Part shown: positions 50,961 to 64,000 of the stretch, piece after piece
How the letters are laid out: the number at the start of each line of letters is the position of its first letter
Numbering within the stretch: the first letter of the stretch is position 1
Assembly: GCA_040954595.2 (NCBI GenBank)
Contig: CM082589.2
Coordinates: 5,267,186-5,331,185 of the forward strand
Reading direction: 5' to 3'
Source: Balanoglossus misakiensis
Taxonomy: Eukaryota > Animalia > Hemichordata
DNA: 64,000 nucleotides
The notes under the pieces: model-generated
Databases searched by the model: none
The model's input: the letters and a program-made list of their open reading frames with translations, nothing else
Told to the model about the DNA's origin: nothing
Translations under genes and position numbers: made by a program

Positions 50961-53900
50961 ATGAGGGCGCTAGTGGTACTGTCAGCCATCTTCTTCCTTA
51001 GCGTAGGAGTCCATGCACGTGAGTACTGAGTGAACTTAATTGCCAATAATTCACTTTTTGATTTTAAGCGCCGTTGTTTCTTTACAGCTTGTCTTTACGT
51101 GCTCACTTTTGCGACGATTTAGCCTAGGTGTAAGAGTACACTTTCACTTCACTGTAGTGATCAAAACAAACGGGTAACACAAACAGAATAATTTTACCAA
51201 ACTGCGTCTTTTGGAAAATTGTTTGTTGTCTAACGATTAATAACACGCAAACTTTTCTTTTCTTTTTTCAGAAAAGAAAGATTCCGGAATCTGTCCAGAA
51301 ATGCGGGTGGGAAAAGACGATTTACCTGGTAGGTTTCGAGTGATTATGGAAAAATGAACATTTGGTTTGGACGCTATGTTTATACTCACGAAATTACGCC
51401 CATGCGCATATAAGACGATCGTCGACCTTTAAACCTGAAAATTTACGCAGACAAAACTTGATATACTCATTGCAAATTAATTTTAGACGGGACATTTTCG
51501 GGAATTTTTTTTACTTTGTATTGAGGAGAATATTTTCCCCGTGTTACGATTAAAAGGGAAGGAAATCGTTGAGTTAAACACTGTTGTTGGTTTTTTACCC
51601 CAACAGAGTTATTCAATGGTGACTTGGGCGGTAAGAACAAACATTTAAAATTCAGTTGGCGTAAATATTAGGGGGAAAAAGCATGCTGCATTTGCGATAA
51701 AGGCATGCGAGAATGTGTCTTTAAAAACTGCACCGAAACCAAAGCCATTGCACACTTTTCTTTGTCACATGGTAACGACCCTATCGGTCTCTCTTGTCTT
51801 GTATTGGTCTGAATTTACTGTACTTTCTTTATGTACTTTGTCCGTATCCTGTCCAGTGTTCTGTATGACTGCGATTCCTTTGGTATCTGTGGATGTGGGC
51901 CCATGTGTGACATAGTTTACGTCGCTCCCCGTACGCTCCCCAAACCCCTTGCTCTGTTCATGAAGATATTGGTAAGCTGTGAAATCGTGCCCTTGAAACT
52001 GTTTTTTGTGTGTCACTGTCTGTCTGTCTGTCTCTCTTTGTGGCTCTATCTCTCTCACACTGACGTCTCTCTCAACTGCTGTCTTTTTCATCTACCAATA
52101 ATATCTACACATCAAACATCCCACCTCGCTATCTTTTATGTAAAATATATCGGTGTAGGCTAAATGCAAAGGCTAACTTTCAAAGATGTGATGGCCGGTT
52201 AAAATAAATGCCAAAAACCAAGAATGACTTATTTTCAACATACTTTGCAGTTATGTCTTTCCATGTGTTACTTTCAGGTTTTGATCTTATTAGTAAATTT
52301 AATCTTGGTATAAAGAGTTCCATCGCCCAGGGAGTGGATCGAGTGGAAGGGTCGTCACCTCTGCAAGTGGCGTACAGACTTGGCCAGGCCAGTAATCTTG
52401 TGGTACCAGCAGCGTAAGTATAACGGGATTCTTTGAATTTTAACGGACATGCGCAGACAGGCACGCAAGCAGGAGGCAGGCAGAGAGATAGACAGACAGA
52501 CAGGCAGGGAAGACAGGAAAGACAGAGAACAATATGAGCTACAGAATAAACAGAAATCAATTCAGCGATGGAATAAAATGTGAAAAATACTTGTATATGT
52601 AATTAAATTTGATTTTCAGCGATGAATTCTGCGGTTGCTCTATGCTTGTAAGCACGTCATACGATTCATCTTGCTACACACACGCAATTTTTTTTTATCC
52701 AGTTCCATTTATCAAGCTGGTCTCCCCGATGAGTATTCCATGATCGCGACTTTCCGAATGCTTGGCGCCACCGTGAACCATGATTGGTATCTCTGGAAGA
52801 TCACGGACCCGTCAGGCAACGACCAGGCAGCGGTACATATCAACGCGGGTGACCAGTCTCTGGATTTCGTCTACGTCAACAACAGACGACAAGTGGAATC
52901 TGTCCGGTTCAGGTAGGCGGGAAACTCCTTGGTTGCTTCTTGGTTAAGAAGTGTCAAGTGTAGCGGGGATGTAGATGAGTTGTTTGGCGGACACGAGTTC
53001 CAGGTTCCAGGCAGTCGTGGTTGGTTTTGTTACGTGGATGGTTGAGAACTGTCTCACGGTTGGATGAATTTGATGGTTTCTTGATGTTTGTCATACGCTT
53101 TAGGAATTTGGATCAGCTGTTTAACAGGAAATACCACAAAGTCTCCCTCAGCGTCCGAAACGACCGAGTCACTCTGTACATCGACTGCGACATGATAGCA
53201 ACGCGCAGCATTTCCACCAAGGGGTACGTGGACACGAGCGGCGACACGGCCATAGGAAGACGCGTTGTGGACGGCTTGGAATTACCGGTGCAGGTAAATA
53301 GACACCACCTACGTTCACACATACACATTGTTACAACAGAAATACAGTATCCAGTTTGCGGATTATTTGAGATGTTTAGAAGCTTCTGGCATATTTAGCA
53401 AAGACTTGTGCATGAAAGGGTGTTTTTACTTTGTTTCTGAGTGACCGAGACACTGGGAAAGACAGACCAATCCTTCAGAGGGACATTGACTTTCCTCGTA
53501 TTTTCACAGTTTGAACTGCAATGGATGATTTTGCATTGTGACCCTTTTGTACCCACGCGAGATGGCTGCGAGGAACTTCCGGTAAGTTTTTAATTAGCAA
53601 TTTTAATGTTATGCTTATAGTTTTAATTCTGTTGTACCAGCATTTTGCAACGACATTCATATATTTAAGTTTTTACAAGTTTTGCTGTTTATTTTCTCTT
53701 GCAGGCTGAGCTGATATCTGGGGTAAGGCTACGCTATTACTTCCAGCAGACATGGCGATGCATAGGCGGCGCTGTTAACCTGTGCTGTGTAACATCTAAC
53801 GTGATTGGGCGAGACGGGGTCCCATGACGCGAATAAAATCGCGCCAGCTCCCTCATGTGTGATTGAGGAAACAATGTTTATGGGAACAAGCCTGGCCACG

Positions 53901-55026
53901 GAAGAGTGCTTATAAAACTTACACCAAATAATTATGTCATTATGCCACTAACTTTAGAACCTATTTGCAATTCTAAATTTACATGTCCCAAGAAGTCATA
54001 CTTTGTAAAAATATTTATCATTTCAAATAATATTCTATGTTAATCATTCTGCATACAGGATTGTCCTATCTGTCCCGCCGGGCCAGCAGGACCACGGGTA
54101 AGTATAGCAATGCATCATGACTAACGAAACAGTGTTAAATTGTACAAAATCAGTTATTATGCAATTTACCTTACAACTTATACAAGAGCACATTTTGAGT
54201 TAGTCTTGGTTAGTGTTGTGGCGTGATTTGCTTCCTAACATTGTTAATTGTTGACGAATTCATTATATTTTGTAACTTATACTTGTAAGTCTGTTTTCTT
54301 CTGTAATTCATTAGGGCTCGCAAGGAGCGCCGGGAATACCAGGTGTGCCTGGTGATCGTGGTGTACCGGGACTCCCAGGGGTGACTGGTATGGCGGGGAT
54401 TAAGGTAAAAGCTCAATGCCACTTGATATGCAATGAGAAATTACTATAAATGCAAATATCCGATGCATATTGTCTTCCTAAGCTAGGCTTTTAAGACTTT
54501 TGAGACCAGTACGAGAAACGCAAAATTTGTAAAACGTTTGGATTGGACGCCATGTTTATACTCACGAAATTACGCACATGCGCATAAGACGATCGTCGAC
54601 CTTTAAACCTGACAGCTATTACCTCATACGCATTTCTTTGACACAGGGATCCCAAGGCGAGCTAGGACCTCAAGGCATACAGGTGGGTTAACAATTGCAA
54701 CTAGAATTGTATTCTGTATTCGTTTCTTTCACACAGTGTTAGCACCTTTGCAATTATTTGCCTTTATGAAAAGCCTTGGCGAGGAAGGGAAATGTAGATT
54801 AATTGCGGATATTGTTACTTTTCAGGGAATCCAAGGCGCGGTGGGTGCACAGGGACCACCTGGTCTTCCGGGGTTAAATGTAAGTATTAATGAATCCTGC
54901 CCAACAGGACCTATTTTTCCAAAGAAAAATTTACATATGTTATGCTAATTAATACGTAATCGGCTTTCTGAATTCTGACATGATGACTACTTATGAAAAT
55001 AGTACAAATGTGAAAATTTGAGCTAT

Positions 55027-55073
<47 letters not shown>

Positions 55074-58000
55074 TTTGTCAAACAGGGTCAGGACGGACGC
55101 CCCGGTTCATCAGGTTCCCAGGGACAAAAGGTATTGTATGGCGCCCTGCGAAAACAATTAGTATCTACTGCCATTTTGCTCAATTTTACCGGTTGCCCCA
55201 TGTATTTAGACATCTGGGCTATTTACTACATAGCTTGGATGTGTCATGTGACACAATTATTTGTACTCAAGCAAGAAATGTTACTAGAAATATCACATTG
55301 GTGATTTGTTTGCAACTTGCAGGGCAACCCAGGGTTACCAGGGCAGCCAGGAGCGCCAGTTTCTCCCAAAGTGAGTATTTGAACATTTGCCAGTCCGGAT
55401 GCGTTCATTTACAAGGAATAAATTAATTTTTAAAGTGAAGGATATTTTTGTCGTTTTACCTACAAATTTACCTGAATGAATGAATGAAGGAATGAATGAA
55501 TGAACGAATGAATGAATGAATGAATGAATGAATGAATGAATGAATGAATGAATGAATGAATGAATGAATGAATGAATGAATGAATGAGATGTGTAAATTG
55601 CAGACTATTATGGAGTATGCCAGCGGGACAGGACAGAAACATTCTCAAAACTGGATATCATGAAACCTTTCGTTTTTCATTTTTCCAAGGAAATTCAAGC
55701 CCTTGTTGGAACATTACAAGGACCACGGGGTCCAATAGGCCTTCCAGGATTAAACGGAGCCGCAGTAAGTGCTCTTTTAAAAATCGAATGAATAAATAAT
55801 ATCAAATTAGATAATTATATCTCTTACTCGTACTAATATTGATCTTAAACCATGCCATACAAGACACTGAAATGACACTAACGTAACGATTCTTTCCACA
55901 GGGCACGAAAGGAGACAGAGGCGCACAGGGGGCTCCAGGTCCCATGGGACCAGTGGTATGTTTGTCAAAAATGACTCTTTTTATGGTAACGGTTGAAGAA
56001 TTATGATCAGAACCAGTAAGAAAATTGAAAGTTGCCAGACTCTCTGGCACTACAAAGAATACACAACTACCGTGGTGTATGCTCACATGGGTATTAAAAT
56101 CCCCGCAGAGTAAACTAGTGTCATGTGTCGACGAAGTTTAAGGGGAATATTGAAGTATTTTATCGATCAAAAACAGGGTAAAAGTGGATGTTACTGGGGC
56201 TTTAAAACCAAGTTGTTATTTTGCTAAATTGGCAGCCAAGTCCAACTGAATGGTACATAGTTCTTAAACTGTTTCCAATTACCTTTTTCTACTAGGGTCA
56301 CGGAGGTCCAAGAGGATTCCCGGGTCCACAAGGTCAACCTGGTCCACCGGTAAGTCATTATGCTTTCTATACTGAGATAAGAAAAACATGGAAATAAATT
56401 AATGCCGGATTCCTAGCCTCCTCTGACGTTTAACCACTTTCATTTCTAACAGACTGGAGTCAAAAGATTGGACGTTAAGTTATATTTGCATATTAAACCT
56501 CTTCGGATTGTATTGGTCTGAATTCGGAATTTACACAAGTTGTTTGTTATGATTTGATTATAACTATTTGTTTTATCTATTTGTCTGTCTGTCTGTCTGT
56601 CTGTTTCAATTTCTCTATTCATACAGGGAAATCCTGGAGCATTATACGGTGGTGGTAACCTGCAGGCTGTCAGGGTAGGAAGGATTAACATTTTTTGTAT
56701 CTACGACGCCTGTGTAGACTTGTGTAATAATTTGCCAGTGTTATTAACTTTATAATGACGTCACACTATTTACACTACCTGGCTTGTATGTTTTATTCCT
56801 CGAAAATGTATGTTTTAATTTTTTTGTTTTCTTTCAAAAATCGTGTCCCGTGTACAGGGGGATATAGGAGAACCCGGTTCTCCCGGAGTTCCCGGCATGC
56901 CCGGTGTGAAGGTAAGTCTGTAGGATCACGCTACAATCACGTGATTTTTTTCGGTCGGACTAACTGATATTTACTGTTTTATAGGGTCTACGGGGTTACC
57001 CCGGTCCCCAGGGCGTGCCTGGTATGCCCGGGTTCAAGGTAAGAGCGGTGTTCAGACATTTCATGCACGTCGTGTGTAGCTGTACGTGCACCGCACCGCT
57101 ATGTTAGAGTACCAAGGCAAGTTTGAACTGCACAGTAGCACAGGTAACTGAATTAGTTCCCAGAGTATAAGCAGGCAACAAGCTTATACAGCTATTATAC
57201 GCCGGTAGTATAGACAATTAGTGCAAGCATAGAGAGACACCTGTTTTGTTCGCTAGAGGATAACTACCATTGTCTGAGATATTACTCAGTATAACAGTAA
57301 GCATATCATCACCACTGGCAACATCCCACGCTAGTTATATTAGTGTTGTACGTATACATAGTACTAGTATATAACCTTCAAAGGACAATTAGCCACGCTT
57401 ATGATAGTTGCCTGAGATATCACTCATCACCACCACCCCTTCGTACTGCCCTATGTTAGTTATATTAGTATGGATTATAGTTAATACCTGCTTATTACAT
57501 GGGCTATTTGTCCACGTTGTGAGCATACTATTTAATAACATAGCATGAATGAGCTATGCTGGTAGTGTATTCAGTAGTCACAAGTGTTGTAGTCCACATA
57601 TTTTCATTGCCTTGCGAGAGTTTTGGCGATTTCTTGGTCCACTTGAGTTATATGGACATGGGTAGCGGAAATGATAGATAAATATTCTAAGTCCGTCAAA
57701 TTTGGTATTAAACGAATACTGGGTCTTCGCAGCAATGTACACTTTTTGGAATACTTTATCTCATACTATATGACGCTTGTAAAAAGTCATTTAGTCACCA
57801 GAAATGCGAAATATGTGGAATGTTCCACGCCCTCACTCATACCGCATGTATTTCTATCGTTTATAGGGCCACAAGGGAGACAGTGGAGCCAATGGAGCAC
57901 CCGGAAAACCAGGAGACTTCGTGAGTCAGGGAAATTTGTTCGGCGATACAATAATTGCTTGTGGTTTTAATTTCAATTAAGCCCCCACTAACTCTGGCTA

Positions 58001-58477
58001 GTTTTGGGGGTAATATAGCATCATAAAACTTATATTCCCGGTTTAATATCATTGTCTCGTGCCACGTCGCTCTGTTCACTTCTTCCAATATTGCAAGAAG
58101 TATATAACGCATTTTTCACGCTTTCGCAAATAGGGACGAACTGGTCCAAAGGGCAACCCTGGAGTTCGTGGAAGAGACGGCATCGATGTAAGTAATATAG
58201 TGGTATATAGTTGGCGCTGTGATGCTTTTTGAGATTCAGAGAACACGCTATTTCGATAACGGATCCAAGGAATCCGTCCACCAAAAAGGCAGAGGGCCAG
58301 ATAAAAGGAAAATTACTTAATTAGGAAAAAGTAACCATTTGATTACCTTCGTTATGCGATGAATAGTAGAAGCTGCAGCAGCTAATTCTCTCGATGTTTT
58401 TTCGACAGGGAACTCCCGGAAGGCGAGGCGATATCGGTGCACCTGGAGAAAAGGGAGAAATTGTGAGTACAGAAATT

Positions 58478-58516
<39 letters not shown>

Positions 58517-59096
58517 GCGTGCGTGCGTGCGTACGTACGTACGTACGTATGTATGTATGAATTGCTTTTTAACATGAGTTGTTTATTTCAATGTGTAGGG
58601 ACAGCAAGGATTTCCTGGAACTATCGGCATGCCCGGACCAATGGGGCCACGTGTAAGTAAAAGCATGTGTTGTTAAATTATTCAGAGGGATAATGATTCG
58701 TCACGAAATAATTCCATCAAACCCTCCCACACATGCACTGATCATCCCCAACACATACACCGTCCTGAAACCAATCCACTCATCTAACCAAAGTCATTAT
58801 TGTGTTTTCTTCGCAGGGTATTGAAGGCCCACGTGGAGCACAAGGTGAACCCGGTGCTAAAGGTGACCAGGTATGATGTCATTGTCTACATTGTCCCGTT
58901 TATCGTTTCTAGTATGAGGTGTTTTACGTTATGTAAGTCTCAATCTCTCTGCATTTATGATGACACGTGAATACTGACTTTTTTCTGTTTACCATTTCAG
59001 GGACCTGGCGGTGACAATGGTCTTGATGGATTAACTGGTCCCAAGGGTCAAAAGGTTTGACTGTTATCCAAATGTTGCTTATTGGTTTGGGTGATA

Positions 59097-59193
<97 letters not shown>

Positions 59194-60535
59194 CGATGAT
59201 GATGACTTGTTTACATTCTTTCACGCAAGGGTGCGGCAGGCGTGGACGGTATGGATGGCGCAACAGGACCCCAGGGTGAGAAGGGAACGCAGGGCGATAC
59301 AGGACTGGTTGGTCCCATGGGAAAAGAGGGGCTGCCGGTAAGTCAGAGTGAAGTAGACGAATTTAATCGCTATTGGTTTGCGAAGGCGTTTTCTTACACA
59401 TGGGGGGAAAGACTTGCCTTTAATTGATAATTTGTTTTAATTCTACAGGGTATGCCTGGAAATCCTGGACCAGTGGGCCCGCTCGGTTTAAAGGGGAACC
59501 AAGGTAAAGAAGGCAGAGTGGGGTCGAGAGGACCAAGAGGATTGCCGGTATGTCTGTGTTTATTGGTTGCCATTTTCGGAGGGAAAATAACCTCGGTTGG
59601 TCGCGTGGTTTGACCGAGTTCTCAAGACATGCACCAAAGAAATCTACTCCAGCCAAATTTCAGTGAAACTGATTACTGTGATACATCTAACACGCTATGA
59701 TTCTGGAATTCTTCACGCCATGCCTAAACAAAGTAGCACAACGGAACAAGCACGGGTTTGTTTTTGTCTCTGTGACTCGATGACGCTTACCCTATAGACG
59801 GTGTTGCATTGCAGGGCGTACAAGGTAACCCAGGTGTGCAAGGAACGCAGGGACCAACCGGTAACAAAGGATCACGTGGTTCAACTGGAAATCCAGGTGA
59901 TAATGGCGCTCAAGGGCCAATGGTGAGTGCCAAAGAAGCCTTCAAAATGGCCATATGAAAAAATATCACCCCATACACAATTTTCCAATATGCACAAAAT
60001 TATGAAGAAAAATACCTTATGCAATTTGAGTTTTGAAAACTGTATTTGACGAATTTCAAGCCTGTTCGAAGCATATTCAACCCCTTTTCTGTCAATATCC
60101 ATGTAACAGGGCGCACCAGGACAGACTGGACCAATAGGATTGCAGGGACAGAAAGGCGACATTGGTGAAACTGGAATTCAGGTACGGACAGGAAATGTGA
60201 AAAACCTTAATGCATTTTATTCCCCGGTTTTATTTCACTATTTATTCAGTGTTTTAGTACTTGCATGTTTATGTCTAATAAATAAACTGTTTTTGCTGTT
60301 GTTGTTGTCCTCACACAGGGAGCTGCTGGTCCGAGGGGACAGAAAGGAGAAAAGGTTAATATATATTCTACACTACATGTATTAGAATGTCATGAAGCCT
60401 GGTACTTTTACGGTTTTGAAATTCTGTCGAATTATGAATATCACACTTTTAAAATTGCGAATCCTCATCGGCTATTCGTATGAAGGGAACCTCGATAATG
60501 TGTTCTGTTTTGTTTTGATAATCCAAGAAATATCA

Positions 60536-60602
<67 letters not shown>

Positions 60603-63076
60603 TGTTTCTATGTCAATTTCTTCGTTGCTAGGGCGAATTCGGTGTTCCGGGAATGGAAGGTATTCAGGGAAAGAAAGGAGACAGGGGACCGGTCGGACCA
60701 TCAGGACCAGTACGTTTTTTCACACTTCCCTTGAATATTGACCTCTCTGAGCTCAGGCGCGCACATGTGTGACACCACTGTCTCGCTCTTGGATCGCAGG
60801 CAAAATTATTCGGGCGTTCTTTCAACCTAACTTCAATAGCATGAAACGTCTTCTGTTCGAAGACATAGATACAAGGAGAAATATTGTCCTACCTCGCATT
60901 GTCACGAAGAACTGTGCTTGCTTTTGCTGTAGAAATGTGGTGAATTTGTCGAGCCATGCAGCCAGAATATACACACTGAAACAACGGTTAGGCCGGCCCA
61001 CTGACACAAAACGAAGGGCTTCATCCGTTCTATAAAGGAAGACTAATTTACATATAAGCCTAGCACCTGGACACAAGCTATGCACTAGTAACTGGCCAGA
61101 CAAAGAGCTGGCAGTTACATTTAAATATGCCGCATGTTTGACTCTTGAGTCAACCGCTTACAAATGATGGATAAACCTTACTGACTTTTATTTTCCTTCG
61201 GAAGATTGGCTTCAAAGGCGACCAAGGGGAAGTGGGGATGCAGGGACCACGAGGTGCGCAGGGCATGCCGGGACTTCAAGGTGACGTCGGCAGGAGAGGC
61301 GAGAGAGGTCCGCGCGGCTTCAACGGTATACAGGGTGAACCCGGACTGCCTGTGAGTATTTGCATATAGGGTCATCGAACATGGTGCTGCTGTCTCTCAT
61401 GGCTGATTCGTGAGATCTCGCGAGATTTGGTACAATCAAGCTTTGTGCAGAGTTTAACAAAATATGGAACTTAAACCAAATATCACATCAAATGAAATCA
61501 TATCAGTCACAGCAAAGGCAACATTCTGAATTAAGAAGATACGTTTTATGATATAGCAATGATACCAAACAAATTTACGACTGACACGCCAAATAATACC
61601 AGGAACGCTGTATTAACATCCTTACCCGTAACGCAATTATATTAAACAATGCATTGACTATATATTTCTCGTGTTCAGGGAGCTACACCATCAGACGAGA
61701 AGCTCTTGAACATGATCAATAGAGTCTTAACAGGTCAGTATAGGGTCACTATAAAGTGGACAGTTTTATCGCATCAAGGAGAGCTGGTTAAGAAAATATT
61801 AACCAATCAGCTTTCGATGGAGACATGATTCTCTTTAGGATGCATTGTGAGAGTGAACGGACAGATCTATTTATCTGAATGACAGCCAACAATGAAAATG
61901 TCCTCTATAAATGCCACAAGAAGAATTTTTGCTGTGGGCTGTTTTGGTTCAGATATTCCAAGTTGAGAATATAGTCGAGACCTGCAACCAAGTCCCGAAT
62001 AACATAACTCGCAAATGTGCTATCTTGTCGCAAGAGAATGTGCAGACGCTATAAATCGGCTGAAATGCTGTTGTAATTTTGAATAAATGTATGTTAACTT
62101 AATATATTGTCCGTGTCTTGTCCGTGCAGAACAACTGTCGGTGGTGGCGTCAAAACTGACAGGTCCACCAGGGCCACCCGGCCGCGGATTCGCTGGACCA
62201 CAAGGTGAACCGGGCAAACAGGGACAACAAGGCCAACAAGGTCTTCAGGGACAACCGGGACCACAAGGCGGCAGAGGAATCCGTGGATTTCCTGGGTTTA
62301 TCGGACCACAGGGTAACAAAGGTACGTTTCATCCTTATTCTGTCGAATGACGACACCGTCTTATGAACTTTTTCTCATGTTTGAGAAGAGACACGAAAAT
62401 GATGAAATCTGCTGTAGAATATCGGGGCATGCACCATGCACAACTTTGAATGAGAGAGCAAAATTGTCTCATATTTGAAATTCAAAATGCCGATCTCTCC
62501 GACTACTGGTTCAAATATGACAAGACAGTGAACACACTGCTTTCTTTTGTTTTTTTTTTAAATGACTCCGCCCTCATGCACTTTAATATAGCAATGAACA
62601 AAGCCTGGTTTTGAACCGTAAGTTCCACTGTCGATTGAGTTTTGTGACAACGCGTACATTTTTTTTTCTGTTTCAGGTGAACCTGGCGATGAGGGCAGGG
62701 CTGGCGCTGAAGGCAAGGGTGTGATGGGACCAGAAGGGCCACCAGGTCCAGCAGGTGAGTATCACACGGCACAAAAGATCACAACTGACAGATATTTTCC
62801 TATCATTGCGAGATCTCGCGAGACTAGCAAGAAACTACCAATAATCTATCAAAAATTGATTATGCTTTTGTTTTTCTGTATTTTATCATAGGTCCACCTG
62901 GCCCGTTGGGTTTGAGTAGCCCAGGACGCGATGGTGCCAGAGGCCAGCCCGGTAACCCAGGCAACCCGGGTGTCCAGGGTCGTACAGGACCGCGCGGACC
63001 GCCAGGGTATTGCGAATATTGCAACTATTCACCGGGCATTGCGGCGCTCTCATCGCAGAGGAACGTGAAGGGATAG
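50961..63076 (+). CDS. COL9A1-like: FACIT collagen, collagen alpha-1(IX)-like; 36 coding exons, 957 aa
   Basis: Signal exon 50961-51018 ([19 protein letters not shown]). TSPN/NC4 exons 51272-51328 ([13 protein letters not shown]), 52278-52413 ([15 protein letters not shown]), 52703-52912 (GLPDEYS..TFRM), 53104-53293, 53510-53581 ([12 protein letters not shown]). Microexon 53705-53722; junction exon 54059-54097. Gly-X-Y exons 54315-54404, 54647-54682, 54826-54879, 55086-55130, 55323-55370, 55690-55764, 55902-55955, 56296-56349, 56627-56674, 56858-56911, 56985-57038, 57867-57920, 58134-58187, 58409-58462, 58599-58652, 58817-58870, 59001-59054, 59230-59337, 59449-59547, 59815-59922, 60110-60181, 60319-60354, 60632-60709, 61205-61351. 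NC2 exon 61679-61733. COL1/NC1 exons 62130-62321, 62677-62754, 62892-63076 (GYCEYC...NVKG*). Total 2874 nt, in frame, all GT-AG. Confidence 0.92.
51361..51439 (+). repeat. ~80-bp intronic element, copy 1 (possible Kolobok-type terminus ending CCTTTAA)
   Basis: TTTGG-TTGGACGC-ATGTTTATACTCACGAAATTACGC-CATGCGCA-TAAGACGATCGTCGACCTTTAAACCTGA; near-identical copy at ~54537-54612. Confidence 0.75.
54537..54612 (+). repeat. ~80-bp intronic element, copy 2
   Basis: Near-identical to 51361-51439; ends ~35 nt before the acceptor at 54646. Confidence 0.75.
55024..55076. repeat. (ATTT)n microsatellite immediately before a collagen acceptor
   Basis: Direct reading. Confidence 0.95.
55473..55587. repeat. 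(GAAT)n microsatellite, intronic
   Basis: Direct reading. Confidence 0.96.
59092..59205. repeat. (GAT)n microsatellite, intronic
   Basis: Direct reading; makes up most of the 175-nt intron 59055-59229. Confidence 0.97.
60536..60602. repeat. (GAT)n microsatellite, intronic
   Basis: Direct reading. Confidence 0.97.
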
Positions 63077-64000
63077 ATAGAGAGACTACAGCACTAAAAA
63101 CAGTCCGACATGTTTTCCAGTTGTCTTCACCAACTGGCAGTTTTTTCTGTCAATTTGTCTGCACAACTGGAGAACAGATTGTTAAGATCACTTACTTTAT
63201 TTTTTACAATTACTTTCTCATTGCTATGCAATTTAACATTTGAGTGAATGGTGCTCCTTTTTTAATTTTAAAGGCGAGGTTTGGAGCAAAGAGAAACTTC
63301 GAAATATCCCCTTTTAAATTGCAGCTGAACAACATTTTGCATATTATTCCCACTAGTTTTACGCTAATTTTTAAATCATTATCCCCGAGGTCTGTGTTAA
63401 ATCTAAGACATCGACACACAGACAGTATTAATCAACATGGAAAATCACGGACAACTATAAGTTCATTTCAAGACTTGAAAAGTTATATTTCCTGTGATTT
63501 ATGATCTGCAAAAAGTTAAGGGAGAGAGCCAGTTGCTTCACGAATTATTTTTTCATTAGATATTTTACTTTCTATCACTTCAACGAGAATCTATGCTGAA
63601 TGGAAAAGTGTCTGGAAAGAACGACCATTGAAGTATGCTTTTAAACATTAGAAGAATGTTGTTGGGGTCGCAGCTGGAAATTCAAATTGTTCCACTCACA
63701 ACAGAAAATATTTTCGATAAAAGAAAATTTTCTCCTTATTTTAGATTTGTAAAAATATGTTTGTTTTTTAAATTCCCGGTAATAGACTAAGTACATTTTC
63801 TATCGATAGGGGTATCTTAGATACAAACCTTCCCAGAATTCACTGCGTGACCATAAGTGTTTCATGTCGGCCAAGGCATCATGCCACGAGGACAATCCCA
63901 AAAGATGTGAGCGAAACATTCTCGGGGTCGCGCGCGCCTTCCTGAAAGACACGTTTGCCGAAGTCCCAACGACTTCCTTTAGTCCATAAACCCTGAGACC

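Noticed and set aside
53723-54058. Internal promoter/alternative first exon giving an NC4-less short form, as in vertebrate COL9A1
   Set aside because: CpG-rich with ATTGG and CATGGCG motifs, but none of the ATGs examined opens a signal-peptide frame ending in a donor. Unsupported without TSS data.

Overview
Eukaryotic, intron-rich genomic DNA, most likely from an invertebrate deuterostome (inferred from the collagen IX-like gene and gene architecture). From left to right: (1) about 9 kb of an 88-bp palindrome-containing satellite (1-8981). (2) An apparently intact 10-exon gene (9088-13014, +, 504 aa) for a secreted signal peptide-CUB-GAIN/GPS protein of polycystin-1-like/adhesion-GPCR ectodomain type, which stops 14 residues after the GPS cleavage site and has no transmembrane segment. 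(3) A tandem cluster of seven Golgi type II, HS6ST-like (Sulfotransfer_2) sulfotransferase genes with intronless CDSs (13.4-40.3 kb). It shows an orientation-linked clade split and patchy gene conversion, and is interleaved with what look like decayed SLC16/MCT transporter remnants. (4) About 8 kb of non-coding DNA. (5) A complete FACIT collagen gene resembling COL9A1, with 36 coding exons (50961-63076, +, 957 aa). Exon structures were assembled by eye from splice signals and reading frame. No database searches were run, so family assignments rest on recalled motifs.
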